DNA of 64,000 nucleotides, taken from assembly GCA_016196115.1 (NCBI GenBank), contig JACPYI010000023.1, forward strand, positions 1,348-65,347, written 5' to 3'. Position numbers and translations under genes: made by a program. Shown piece after piece: positions 48,716 to 57,832 of this stretch. The notes beneath the pieces are model-generated. The model did not search any database and was not told the DNA's origin. It saw only the letters and a list, made by a program, of their open reading frames with translations. Every line of letters begins with the position of its first letter. Within the stretch, counting starts at the first letter, position 1. This DNA comes from Candidatus Sungiibacteriota bacterium (GTDB lineage: Bacteria; Patescibacteriota; Minisyncoccia; Sungbacterales; HO2-52-23).

Positions 48716-49410
48716 GAAAACTGCTGTGGAAAACCGGCTTTGACGTTCGCCGCTACAGGCCGGAGCCGGATCAGCTTTTATGGCTCAAAGAAATCGGCAT
48801 ACAGACGATTGTTGACGTCGGTGCCAATATCGGGCAGTTTGCTCAAGACATCCGCTCTGCTCTCCCGGATGCGTATATCTATTCTTTTGAGCCGCTCAAA
48901 GATTGTTACGATGATCTTTTAATTGCGATGAAAAATGATAAAAAATTCAAAGCATTTAATGTGGCGCTTGGCGCTTTGAGCGAAGAGGTCACCATGCACC
49001 GCAATGATTACTCGGCCAGTTCGTCAATATTGGATATGGCGCAATCCCATAAAGACTTATATCCTTACACAAAAAATACTCATGACGAAAAAATCGTCGT
49101 GCGGCGGCTTGACGATATGCGCGAGCTGCATCCGGACAATCTTAAAAAAGAAATACTGATCAAGATAGATACCCAGGGTTATGAAGATCGGGTGATCAGG
49201 GGCGGAATCGAGTTTTTGAAAAATACGAAAGTAATCATTATCGAGACCTCTTTTATTACTCTCTATGAAGAACAACTATTATTTGCCGAAATATACAAAA
49301 TGCTTACTCTTCTCGGTTTCGTGTATAAGGGTTCCCTGCGCCGAAAATTTAATTTGAAAAATGGCGGGAATTTATACGAAGATTCCATTTTCGTGCACAA
49401 GTCAGAATGA
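48697..49410 (+). CDS. FkbM family methyltransferase
   Basis: DVGANIGQF, FEP, RLDD, KIDTQGYE. Confidence 0.9.
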   Translation: MAIHPLRKLLWKTGFDVRRYRPEPDQLLWLKEIGIQTIVDVGANIGQFAQDIRSALPDAYIYSFEPLKDCYDDLLIAMKNDKKFKAFNVALGALSEEVTMHRNDYSASSSILDMAQSHKDLYPYTKNTHDEKIVVRRLDDMRELHPDNLKKEILIKIDTQGYEDRVIRGGIEFLKNTKVIIIETSFITLYEEQLLFAEIYKMLTLLGFVYKGSLRRKFNLKNGGNLYEDSIFVHKSE

Positions 49411-49442
49411 GTAATTTCATAAGGCATATGATGCGAAAACGC

Positions 49443-50138
49443 TTACTGATGAGAAAACCAATCTCCCAGCAACACAAGTAACGCCCATATGCCATCACGA
49501 TACCGGATTTTCTTTCCTTGAGAGCTCGAGCGCGGATGATGCGAAATGGGAATCTCACCAATTGACAAGCCCCGGCGCGCAAGCGCCGCGGTAAAGAGAA
49601 GCTCGGCCTCAAATCCCCCAATGGGAAAATCACCAGCCACGCCAATGGGAAAAAGTTTGTAGCATGTCCATGCGTCGGTCAGCGAAAGGCCATACAGCAG
49701 GTTGAGCAGTTTGGTAATTATCCACACCCCCAAACGAGGTATAAAAAGCTCTGTCAGCTTCCGTCTCTTTAACAGATTGCGTGAACCGTATATGACATCC
49801 CCTTTGCCTTGTTCCAGACCATGTATCAGCCCACCAATTTCGTTCGTATCATACTCGAGATCCGCATCCTGGATTAAACAATAATCCCCGGTTGCCTCCT
49901 GAAGCCCGCGTTGCACACTCCATCCCTTTCCTTGATTCTTCTCCTGCAAAATAACTCTGATGCGATAGGTACAGTTTTGGAGCAGTTCTTTGGTGCCGTC
50001 GTCTGATCCGTCATCAACCACGATGATTTCTTTCTCCCAGTATTCGGGCAGCCGCGCCTGCTCCACCCGGCGAAGCAGCTCTTGGACGGTTTCTCGTTCA
50101 TTAAAGACCGGAATAATAATAGAAAGTTTTCGGGGCAT
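49443..50138 (-). CDS. DPM1-like GT2 glycosyltransferase (paralog of 42370-43068)
   Basis: IPVFNE, DDGS, QDADLEYD, TCYKLFP, GKKI. Confidence 0.88.
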   Translation of the reverse strand: MPRKLSIIIPVFNERETVQELLRRVEQARLPEYWEKEIIVVDDGSDDGTKELLQNCTYRIRVILQEKNQGKGWSVQRGLQEATGDYCLIQDADLEYDTNEIGGLIHGLEQGKGDVIYGSRNLLKRRKLTELFIPRLGVWIITKLLNLLYGLSLTDAWTCYKLFPIGVAGDFPIGGFEAELLFTAALARRGLSIGEIPISHHPRSSSQGKKIRYRDGIWALLVLLGDWFSHQ

Positions 50139-50167
50139 ACATATCCTGTCGAGCTCATGGCACTACG

Positions 50168-50998
50168 TTAAAGAGTTTGTACGAGTTTTGCAAGAGCTTT
50201 TTGATCGTTCACCGGAAGCCAGCATCGTCCCGGAATACCATAGGAATAGAGTTTTTGTTCTTCTGCCAAGAGAGGAAACAGCACGTTTTCAAAATCTATT
50301 TTTTTTGAGAGATCAAACAGCCGCGGGAAGTATTCATACGCCGCGGGTGAAAACACGGTCACGCCGACGTGCGCCGGAATCGGAACGTGGGGATACATCT
50401 CGGTTTGCGCAACCACTCCGTCTGCGATCTTCATGCCGGTAAACGCGTACGGGGTGCCGTCGGCCACCACCGCAGTCGCGATCATGCCGCGCTTCAAACC
50501 GGCAAGATGCGCGGCAACCGCATCGCGGGCAAAGTCCCCTTCATAGTTGATGATCTGATCATCGGGATTGTGCACGATGCAGCTTTTGTCCGCGGGGATC
50601 GATCCGTTCTCAAGGGCATTGCGCATGGCACCCCCCTTGCCGACCGGATGTTCCGGATCATGGCTATATGCGATATTGACGCCGAGCCGGCTGCCATCGC
50701 CCAGCAGATCCTTGATGGAACCGGCATTATGGAAAACGAGCGCGACAAAATTCTGAAAGCCGGCGTCATGATACATCCGGATTATGCGCTCGATCATGGT
50801 ATCGCCGTTCGGCAGCACAACGGAATTTTTTTGCAGATGGTGGGGATCGGAAATCGTCTTGAAACGCGATCCCTCTCCGCCAGCCATGAGCGCCACCACG
50901 CAATTTCGCGTGAACGCAGCCCATTGGGCATCATCGATTTTCTCCCGGCTTCCTTCGTTGTATATTTCCTTTTGTAATCTTTTGAGCGCGTCTTTCAT
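50168..50998 (-). CDS. sugar-phosphate nucleotidyltransferase
   Basis: LMAGGEGSRF, GDGSRLGVNI.Y, GKGGA, NPDD. Confidence 0.8.
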   Translation of the reverse strand: MKDALKRLQKEIYNEGSREKIDDAQWAAFTRNCVVALMAGGEGSRFKTISDPHHLQKNSVVLPNGDTMIERIIRMYHDAGFQNFVALVFHNAGSIKDLLGDGSRLGVNIAYSHDPEHPVGKGGAMRNALENGSIPADKSCIVHNPDDQIINYEGDFARDAVAAHLAGLKRGMIATAVVADGTPYAFTGMKIADGVVAQTEMYPHVPIPAHVGVTVFSPAAYEYFPRLFDLSKKIDFENVLFPLLAEEQKLYSYGIPGRCWLPVNDQKALAKLVQTL

Positions 50999-51051
50999 AG
51001 AGATAACCATAAATCACTTATGTCAGAGATGCAAGCGAAATCATCGTATGC

Positions 51052-52101
51052 CTATGACGCGAGAATTGCAATAATTTTTTCAACCAGCCCCTCGATGCGG
51101 TGATGCTCCACTACGATCGCGCGCATGGATTGGCAAAGGCGGGTGCGGGATGGGGCGTCCATATGCAGCAAAACAGGAAGTTTTTTGGCGAGATCGGCCG
51201 GATTCTTTTTTTGAAACATCAACAGATCGCGATAATCACCGAGCACGCCGTCGTACGCTTCGTTGCACGTCAACATCGAAAGACCGGTCGCCATGGCTTC
51301 AAGCCCGGCCTTGTCTAAACTTCCGGTCAAGCCCGGGTTTACGAAAATATCGGCCTGCCGCAGATGTTTCAGAATCTCTCTATGCGGCACACCGCCGACA
51401 AATTTAATAAAGCTGCCTAGTTTTTTCTCCTCAACCATATGATAGAGCGACTCTGCGTACGATTTTTGCTCCGGCGTACCTGCGCTCCCGACAATATCGG
51501 CTTGAAATTTTTTGCCCTCATGCATTAGTATTTCGAGCGCTTGGATGAGCGTGGCCTGATCTTTTGCCGGAGAGAGCCTGCCGATCATGATGATTTTTGG
51601 CACAGGATTTTCCGGACGCGCACTAGGGGCAAAATAATCCGTATCGATCCCCTGCCCTACAATACGCACTTTCGGACTCTGAATTCTGAAGCCGCTAGCG
51701 GTCGAGGTGAATATAATGCCCGACATCTTCTCCGCGAGGCGCAATGATGCGCTCACGGCCCCATGCGCGTACCACAGCGATATTTTTTTTCCAAGCAATT
51801 GCCATACCGGCCATCCCAGCAACACATAAATCTGATTCATGTGCACGAATATGGCGTCATAGGCAACCCGTTCACGCCAAATAAAATACCAAAAGCGCAG
51901 CACATATAGGATGCGGGAACGCCTATGTTCTTTTCCCAAAGAAAATATCCGAACATTCGACGGCAAGTGATGAGCTCCTTCCTCAAGGCAAATAACCGTA
52001 ATCGCCTCGCAGTGCTTGGCGAATTCCTCGATCCATCGGTGCATAAACCCAAGCACCTCGTCTCGCTCATCAACTTTTTGTGTGATAATGAGAAGTTTCA
52101 T
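51052..52101 (-). CDS. GT4 glycosyltransferase
   Basis: GIDT, GRLSPAK, SLDKAGLEAMATG. Confidence 0.88.
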   Translation of the reverse strand: MKLLIITQKVDERDEVLGFMHRWIEEFAKHCEAITVICLEEGAHHLPSNVRIFSLGKEHRRSRILYVLRFWYFIWRERVAYDAIFVHMNQIYVLLGWPVWQLLGKKISLWYAHGAVSASLRLAEKMSGIIFTSTASGFRIQSPKVRIVGQGIDTDYFAPSARPENPVPKIIMIGRLSPAKDQATLIQALEILMHEGKKFQADIVGSAGTPEQKSYAESLYHMVEEKKLGSFIKFVGGVPHREILKHLRQADIFVNPGLTGSLDKAGLEAMATGLSMLTCNEAYDGVLGDYRDLLMFQKKNPADLAKKLPVLLHMDAPSRTRLCQSMRAIVVEHHRIEGLVEKIIAILAS

Positions 52102-52228
52102 AATATGCAGGAAATGTACGTCTTTGATATGTAACAATCTGCTTTCATTGATCAAGAAGTAACTTATGTATGGCTTTTGAAAACTCTTTTGAAGATTTGA
52201 ATCGTACCATCACAGCTTCTTATAGTTT

Positions 52229-53401
52229 TTATATTATACACCGCTCAAAACCTTTACGGTACAGCTGGAGGTACTCGCTCTCGCTGTGCGGTTTCATTTC
52301 GGCAAGCGTGTGGCGCGCCGCGTCGGCAAACGCATGGCGTTTTTCCGGGTGCTCGTATAGATCCAGAACCCCAGCAAGAAAGGCATCGCGGTCTCCCATC
52401 GGCACCACGCGGCCATTCACGCCGTCCCGCACTATTTCTCCGGCCAAGCCAACGTCGGTCATCACAAGCGGGACTCCGGCAGCCATTGCTTCCATCGCAA
52501 CCAATCCCCACCCCTCGTAATTCGACGAGATCAGAGATACATCAAAGCACTTGTAGAAAGAGGCAAGATCATTGCGCCACGGTTCGATCACGACGTTTTT
52601 GTTCAGTCCAAACCGCACAACTTTCTTTTGATAATTCGCCTTGTCCGGCCCGTCACCGACCAGGAAAAGAACGGCTGTGGGTTCCTGTTTTACAAAATCA
52701 GCCATCATCTTGATCAACATACTGAAATTTTTCTCTTTATCCACGAATCGTCCCACCGCGATCATCCGAAACGCATATTTTTTGAGACGCGTCAAATCTT
52801 CCGGCTTGGGAAACGAATCGCGGAGCGGTTCGAGATCGGTGAATATCGGCAAGACAAAAATTTTTGATTCCGGAATCCGAAGTTCGGCAACCAATGAGCG
52901 TTTGATCCGCTCGCTTACGACGCGCATGCAATCCGCGCGCGGGAGCAGAAATTGCGCGAGCAGCGCACGAAGATATTCTTTCCGCGAGGCGCGCCCATAC
53001 CGCGGACTCAACACATCAGTATGCACTTGCAATTGCAGCTTTATATTGAAACGGCGGGCAATGCGGTACGCAATCAGCCCGACTTCATCCGGTGCTTGGC
53101 TGGTGATGACGTCGAAACGGACGCGGCTCACAAGCTTCCTTGCTATGCGATACATGCGCCACCGCTGCAGCAACGGATTGCCTGCAGCCGGATAAAGGAA
53201 GAGGCGGCCGTTTTGCTCGTCCGGCGAGCGTGGAGTTTCACCAGAGCAAAAAAGTGATTGGGGTTCTCGTGCTTTGAAACTGGCGGTCATGACTATGATA
53301 TGCAGCTCGTCAAAAAGCTCCGCATAGCGCTTCATGCGTTTGCGCGCGCTGCTTCCGACAACGCAGATATTCGGATCTTGGGCAAGCATTAAAATTTTCA
53401 T
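52229..53401 (-). CDS. GT4 glycosyltransferase
   Basis: EKN, SNYEGWGLVAMEAMAAG, TDVG. Confidence 0.9.
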   Translation of the reverse strand: MKILMLAQDPNICVVGSSARKRMKRYAELFDELHIIVMTASFKAREPQSLFCSGETPRSPDEQNGRLFLYPAAGNPLLQRWRMYRIARKLVSRVRFDVITSQAPDEVGLIAYRIARRFNIKLQLQVHTDVLSPRYGRASRKEYLRALLAQFLLPRADCMRVVSERIKRSLVAELRIPESKIFVLPIFTDLEPLRDSFPKPEDLTRLKKYAFRMIAVGRFVDKEKNFSMLIKMMADFVKQEPTAVLFLVGDGPDKANYQKKVVRFGLNKNVVIEPWRNDLASFYKCFDVSLISSNYEGWGLVAMEAMAAGVPLVMTDVGLAGEIVRDGVNGRVVPMGDRDAFLAGVLDLYEHPEKRHAFADAARHTLAEMKPHSESEYLQLYRKGFERCII

Positions 53402-55710
53402 GCGTTTTTGAGCAGTGCCGTGATCTCATTCAGCATTCGTTGGGCCGAGAATGATCCTGCTTTTTCCCGCGCGCGCTCTGATAATCTACGGGTAAAATCA
53501 TGATCGTTCAGAAGCCGCATAACTGCAGCTTGCATCTGATTAATATTGTTCCAATCGAAAAACAAACCGGTTTCTCCATCCTGAATGAGCTCGATATTTC
53601 CTCCCGCGCGCGTCGTACAGACCGGAATTCCCAGAGCCATGGCTTCCAGTATAGCATGAGAGAAACCTTCGTATTTTGTATTGAGTATAAATATGTCACC
53701 GGCAATCAGTGATGTGAGAACGTCTTCATGCGATAAACTACCCGCTAACTCAATGACGAAGCCCGGTTCAGGAGCGCGTATTACATCTTCAACATGAACG
53801 GGACCACTACCAATAATTCTTAAACGAATATCGCGATCCGGGACATCTGCTCTTAATTTTTGCACGAGTTCAATCACGGCCTCAAACCCTTTCCACGGCA
53901 CGAGCCGACCGACGGAAATGAGCACAGTTCCCGAAAAACCGAGTTTTTCTCGCGCTTCGTTTTTGGTTAACATCCTGATAGGCGGATCAAAAGCGTTATA
54001 GATTACGGTAATGCGATCCCGGGGAACACCCCACCGCGTCACGACGCCACGCAGATATTCGCTCGGAACCACGATGCTGTCGGCACGACATGCTACCCAT
54101 CGCTCAAGCCGGCGAAGCATTTCCACCTTCCAGTCATATTTTTTCTCCAGAAACTCATCGAGTGGATCCGCAACGCCGAATCGCTGGCTGCCCTGTTCCC
54201 ATGCATAGTCCCCCACGATCTTGAGCACGAATTTTTTGCGGGTCAGCATGGCGGCTAAGGCAGCCGGGGCCCCGACCGAAACGGGATCCTGCGCGAAAAT
54301 AACGTCGGCGGCCAGGCCTCTCCAAAATATGTTCCAGAAATACGCGCCGTGGCGGATCAATTTTGGAAGATGGCGCACGGAACGGAACGGCAACACCGTC
54401 ACGACAAACCCGGATTTGGGCAACTCATCCTGCAGCAGTTTGCTGTACGTCGCGGGACCTCCGATTTCAGGCGGGAAAAGGCCGGTGGCGACAAGAATCC
54501 GGCAAGATAAGACCCGGTCAAAAACTTCTTCGTATTGTCCGGCAATCGAATCCCAAAGAAAGCGCTCGCGGATCATTTTTTTGCCGTTCTCGACGATTGA
54601 CCGGCTTAATCCAGGATCCTGCAGAAGGCGCATGATTTTCTCCGCGGCATCGCCCGGATCGTCAACTTTCGCGAACAACCCTGTTACCCCGTCCGTGATA
54701 ATATCAGGAATCCCGCCGACCCGAGTCCCGATAATGGGAACGCCGGCGGCAAGCGCTTCAACAAAAGAAACCCCCATCCCCTCGGAACGCGAAAGACGGA
54801 TAAAGATTGTTGCCTGATGCAGATGCGCCGGGATTTTTTCGAACGGGACGCTCCCGAAAAATTTGATCTCATGTTCAACCCCAAGCTCTTTGGCAAGAAA
54901 TCCAAGAGCGGACCTGTCCGGCCCGTCTCCGAGAATATGACATTGGAGCGGCTTCCCTTTATTCTTGAGAACGGCTATGGCACGGACAAGGGTATCAATG
55001 CCATTCTTTTCCACCAAGCGCGAGGTAGTGATGATAATTGGGGCATGCTCTATGTCATTCCCGACTTGATCGGGAATCCAGTCAGTACTGATTCTTGATT
55101 CCCGCTTTCGCGGGAATGACAGCAGACCATTTGCGCTTTTGTCGCGAAGACCGAAAAGATCTGCGTTAACTCCATTATGAATAAGTACGCACCGGCCGTG
55201 ATACCCGTATGCAGCCGCAACTTCCCCGAGATACGATGAGATCACGGTTACCTCATCCGCAAGCCAGAGCATCAGCCGGAGCGCCGCGCCGATCATGCCG
55301 AGCCGACCCGATGCAAGGCGGCTATCTCCGTACCCATACTGGATGTTGAGGACAAACGGATGCCGGGGCCGCAGTATTTTACAAAAAAAGGCAGCTACGG
55401 AGCCCTGCGAAATATCAACTCCCCACAGTATCGCCCTACCTTCCCCGCCGATGTTCCGCAGCGCCACAATGCAACCGAAAAACGGCAGGAGCCATTTATC
55501 GAATCCCCGACCAATACCCACCCGAATCACTTTTCCTTCGGGACGGATCTCGCACTTCGGAAGACGCCGGGAGAACCGACTCGTCACGATACGGACGTCA
55601 AAACGCCGGTTCAGCCTCCGACCGATTTCTTGAATCGCGGTTTCCACCCCTCCGACAAACGGATAATACGAGGTCGTGAAAATAATAAGTCTTGTTTTTT
55701 CCATCATCAC
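53398..55710 (-). CDS. tandem GT4-GT4 fusion glycosyltransferase carrying an in-frame palindromic insertion
   Basis: Two complete GT4 units (SEGMGVSFVEA; YEGFSHAILEAM), the second beginning RILVATGLFPPEIGGP. Confidence 0.88.
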   Translation of the reverse strand: MMMEKTRLIIFTTSYYPFVGGVETAIQEIGRRLNRRFDVRIVTSRFSRRLPKCEIRPEGKVIRVGIGRGFDKWLLPFFGCIVALRNIGGEGRAILWGVDISQGSVAAFFCKILRPRHPFVLNIQYGYGDSRLASGRLGMIGAALRLMLWLADEVTVISSYLGEVAAAYGYHGRCVLIHNGVNADLFGLRDKSANGLLSFPRKRESRISTDWIPDQVGNDIEHAPIIITTSRLVEKNGIDTLVRAIAVLKNKGKPLQCHILGDGPDRSALGFLAKELGVEHEIKFFGSVPFEKIPAHLHQATIFIRLSRSEGMGVSFVEALAAGVPIIGTRVGGIPDIITDGVTGLFAKVDDPGDAAEKIMRLLQDPGLSRSIVENGKKMIRERFLWDSIAGQYEEVFDRVLSCRILVATGLFPPEIGGPATYSKLLQDELPKSGFVVTVLPFRSVRHLPKLIRHGAYFWNIFWRGLAADVIFAQDPVSVGAPAALAAMLTRKKFVLKIVGDYAWEQGSQRFGVADPLDEFLEKKYDWKVEMLRRLERWVACRADSIVVPSEYLRGVVTRWGVPRDRITVIYNAFDPPIRMLTKNEAREKLGFSGTVLISVGRLVPWKGFEAVIELVQKLRADVPDRDIRLRIIGSGPVHVEDVIRAPEPGFVIELAGSLSHEDVLTSLIAGDIFILNTKYEGFSHAILEAMALGIPVCTTRAGGNIELIQDGETGLFFDWNNINQMQAAVMRLLNDHDFTRRLSERAREKAGSFSAQRMLNEITALLKNA
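55053..55121 (-). repeat. palindromic dimer repeat (CGTC-REP/dRS3/RPE-like), in frame inside the CDS
   Basis: Minus strand TGTCATTCCCGCGAAAGCGGGAATC...CTGGATTCCCGATCAAGTCGGGAATGACA; 69 bp = 23 codons. Confidence 0.9.
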
Positions 55711-57029
55711 GTCAAAAAATGTTTCAGCACGAAAAAACCCAGCGCCCCAAGCGCGCTTAATCCGACTGCGCCGGCAAAAAGAACCCGGGAAGAAATTGAA
55801 AGTTTTCCCGGCAGCGCCGCAAGATTTGTACGCAGCGAGTTCATATCTTCTTTTGTATTGCTTGAGCTGTGAGAACCGAAAGGCGGGTTTCTTTTTGAAA
55901 ATGAGCGCGCAGGTTTTGTTTTCCCTGCAAAACCTTGTTCCGGGTTCGAGACGGGCGATGACGAACCGACTTGCGCCGCGACCGGTACGGACACTGCCCG
56001 GGAACTTGACGTTCCCGCAGGAACATAGGTAAACGCAACCGTGCCATTCGGATATTGAACAGTAAGCGGATAGAGCGCATTATCCGTCTGCAAAAGCCCT
56101 GTTACTGCATTGGAAAATGAAATTTCAGCACCCGGCGCAACCTTTGTTTTCGACGGCACAAAAAATTTCTTCTCTGTTGCGTCCTGAATGACCCAATCCC
56201 CTATGTCGCTCTCTACTGGAAGAGGGTTCAAAAACCGCAGGTATCCCTCCCTTCCTTCTACAACGCTCACCACCCGCATTTGGTTCGCAAGCACATGCAC
56301 CGTTGCATAATCCGATGCCCCATATTCACCGGAGTTCATATGCAATCCCACGATATACGTGCCCGGGATACGAAAAACATGGGTAATAAATTTCCCTTCC
56401 TGCGTTTCGCCATCGCCGAAATTCCACCAAAAACGCCCATTTTCCAGCGGTTCTTTTTTGAGCCCGACGGCGCTTCCGTTGAAACCCGCTGTCGAACCCG
56501 CAGGTACTGTCTGATCCGGTCCTGCGTCAACATTGATATTCACACTCGAAGAACCTCCTGATGGCAGGGGCGGCGGCGAAGGCGGCGGTGGCAGTGCCGC
56601 AGGAACAGGAGTGTTGCTTGACGCAGAAACGCCGGAGACGTTGATCGTCTGGCTCGCAATCCATGATGTTCCCGAATCCCGACCCCGTGTTTTTATGTTG
56701 ATCGTGTGAAGCCCCGCGACAGAATCCAGATAGTAGAACGTAAAATTCGCCGTGCCTTTGTTCATCCATGTTCTGGCGGGACTTGAGCTCGCGTTTAAAA
56801 ATTTTCCAGTCAGGGATGTTGACGAAAACTCCACGTCAATGGTCTCCTCGGTTTTGATCTCCTTATTATTCGCGTCTTGCGCCTGAATTTTCAGAACGCC
56901 GGAGAGTTCTCCGGGACGTACGGTCTGCGGATCTGTCGTAAATACAAAACGAGCGATTCCCGAGGCAGCCAAGACACTTCCTGTAAAAAACAGGACGCCG
57001 ACAAAAAGGAGAACGAGATTATTTCGCAT
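55707..57029 (-). CDS. secreted, membrane-anchored PKD-domain protein with a lamin-tail-like domain
   Basis: Signal peptide, Pro-rich linker, DAGPD...WNFGDG...PGTYIVGL (PKD), DIGDW, C-terminal TM. Confidence 0.75.
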   Translation of the reverse strand: MRNNLVLLFVGVLFFTGSVLAASGIARFVFTTDPQTVRPGELSGVLKIQAQDANNKEIKTEETIDVEFSSTSLTGKFLNASSSPARTWMNKGTANFTFYYLDSVAGLHTINIKTRGRDSGTSWIASQTINVSGVSASSNTPVPAALPPPPSPPPLPSGGSSSVNINVDAGPDQTVPAGSTAGFNGSAVGLKKEPLENGRFWWNFGDGETQEGKFITHVFRIPGTYIVGLHMNSGEYGASDYATVHVLANQMRVVSVVEGREGYLRFLNPLPVESDIGDWVIQDATEKKFFVPSKTKVAPGAEISFSNAVTGLLQTDNALYPLTVQYPNGTVAFTYVPAGTSSSRAVSVPVAAQVGSSSPVSNPEQGFAGKTKPARSFSKRNPPFGSHSSSNTKEDMNSLRTNLAALPGKLSISSRVLFAGAVGLSALGALGFFVLKHFLT

Positions 57030-57729
57030 TACGTTCATACAGACGGCTGAGTGCATGCGCAAGATTTACATCACCGGGATTGGCCGCAATGCCTTCCTTC
57101 AAGACACCCTCGGCCTGCGCTTTTTTCTCTTTCAAGAAAAAAACATACAGATCGGATAGCCCGAGATATCCCATGACGTTCTTGGGATCCGCCTTGATCG
57201 CACCCCCATAACTTGCTTCCGCTTTTGGATAATCTTTCACATAGTTGGTGTAAAGATCCCCCAGGTTGAGAAACGCGGTTGCCTCATGCGGATGTATGAC
57301 ACTTTTATACAGCCAAATATCGCGGCTGCCTTCGTAATCGCCGATCGCTTTTTTGAGAAGCGCCAACTCCAGCCACGCCGCGGTATATTCCGGAGTTTCC
57401 TTGACCATCTTGGCATATTTCCGGACGTTTGCGGAGAGTTTATCTTTGTGTTCTCCGCTCATTGTCTCGAGTATTTCCGGCCTGAATTTTATCTCATCAA
57501 GAGGCCGGCCATGGTACGCGGACAGAGGTTTGGCGGGCTGGTTTTGGTTTGGGGTAAGAAGGTTTTCCGGATTCTGCGCATGAGGCGGCGAAGATGTCGC
57601 TGCTTCATTGCCCACCGGCGCAGATTGCGGCATCTCCGGGACGGAATGGAAAATTTTTTCCCGAAAGGCAATGCCGACCACGACCAGAAGCGCAACAATG
57701 ATTCCCACTACGATTTCCTTGTATGGCAT
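57019..57729 (-). CDS. membrane-anchored TPR protein
   Basis: N-terminal TM; AWLELA, AFLNLGDLY, GYLGLSDLY TPR helices. Confidence 0.75.
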   Translation of the reverse strand: MPYKEIVVGIIVALLVVVGIAFREKIFHSVPEMPQSAPVGNEAATSSPPHAQNPENLLTPNQNQPAKPLSAYHGRPLDEIKFRPEILETMSGEHKDKLSANVRKYAKMVKETPEYTAAWLELALLKKAIGDYEGSRDIWLYKSVIHPHEATAFLNLGDLYTNYVKDYPKAEASYGGAIKADPKNVMGYLGLSDLYVFFLKEKKAQAEGVLKEGIAANPGDVNLAHALSRLYERNAK

Positions 57730-57774
57730 ATATCACCACCATAGCATAGTCAATCCGCGGTGGTCAACCATAAA

Positions 57775-57803
57775 TCAAAACCCCCCTGATCGGGGGGTTT
57801 TGA
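57775..57803 (-). terminator. intrinsic terminator of the surface-protein gene
   Basis: TCAAAACCCCCC-TGATC-GGGGGGTTTTGA, about 30 nt after the stop. Confidence 0.85.
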
Positions 57804-57832
57804 CACTCGCTACACAAGGAGATTACGAGACT

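Noticed and set aside
50143-50168. Degenerate REP-like remnant ATCCTGTCGAGCTCATGGCACTACG
   Set aside because: Too short, with no second copy in the window.
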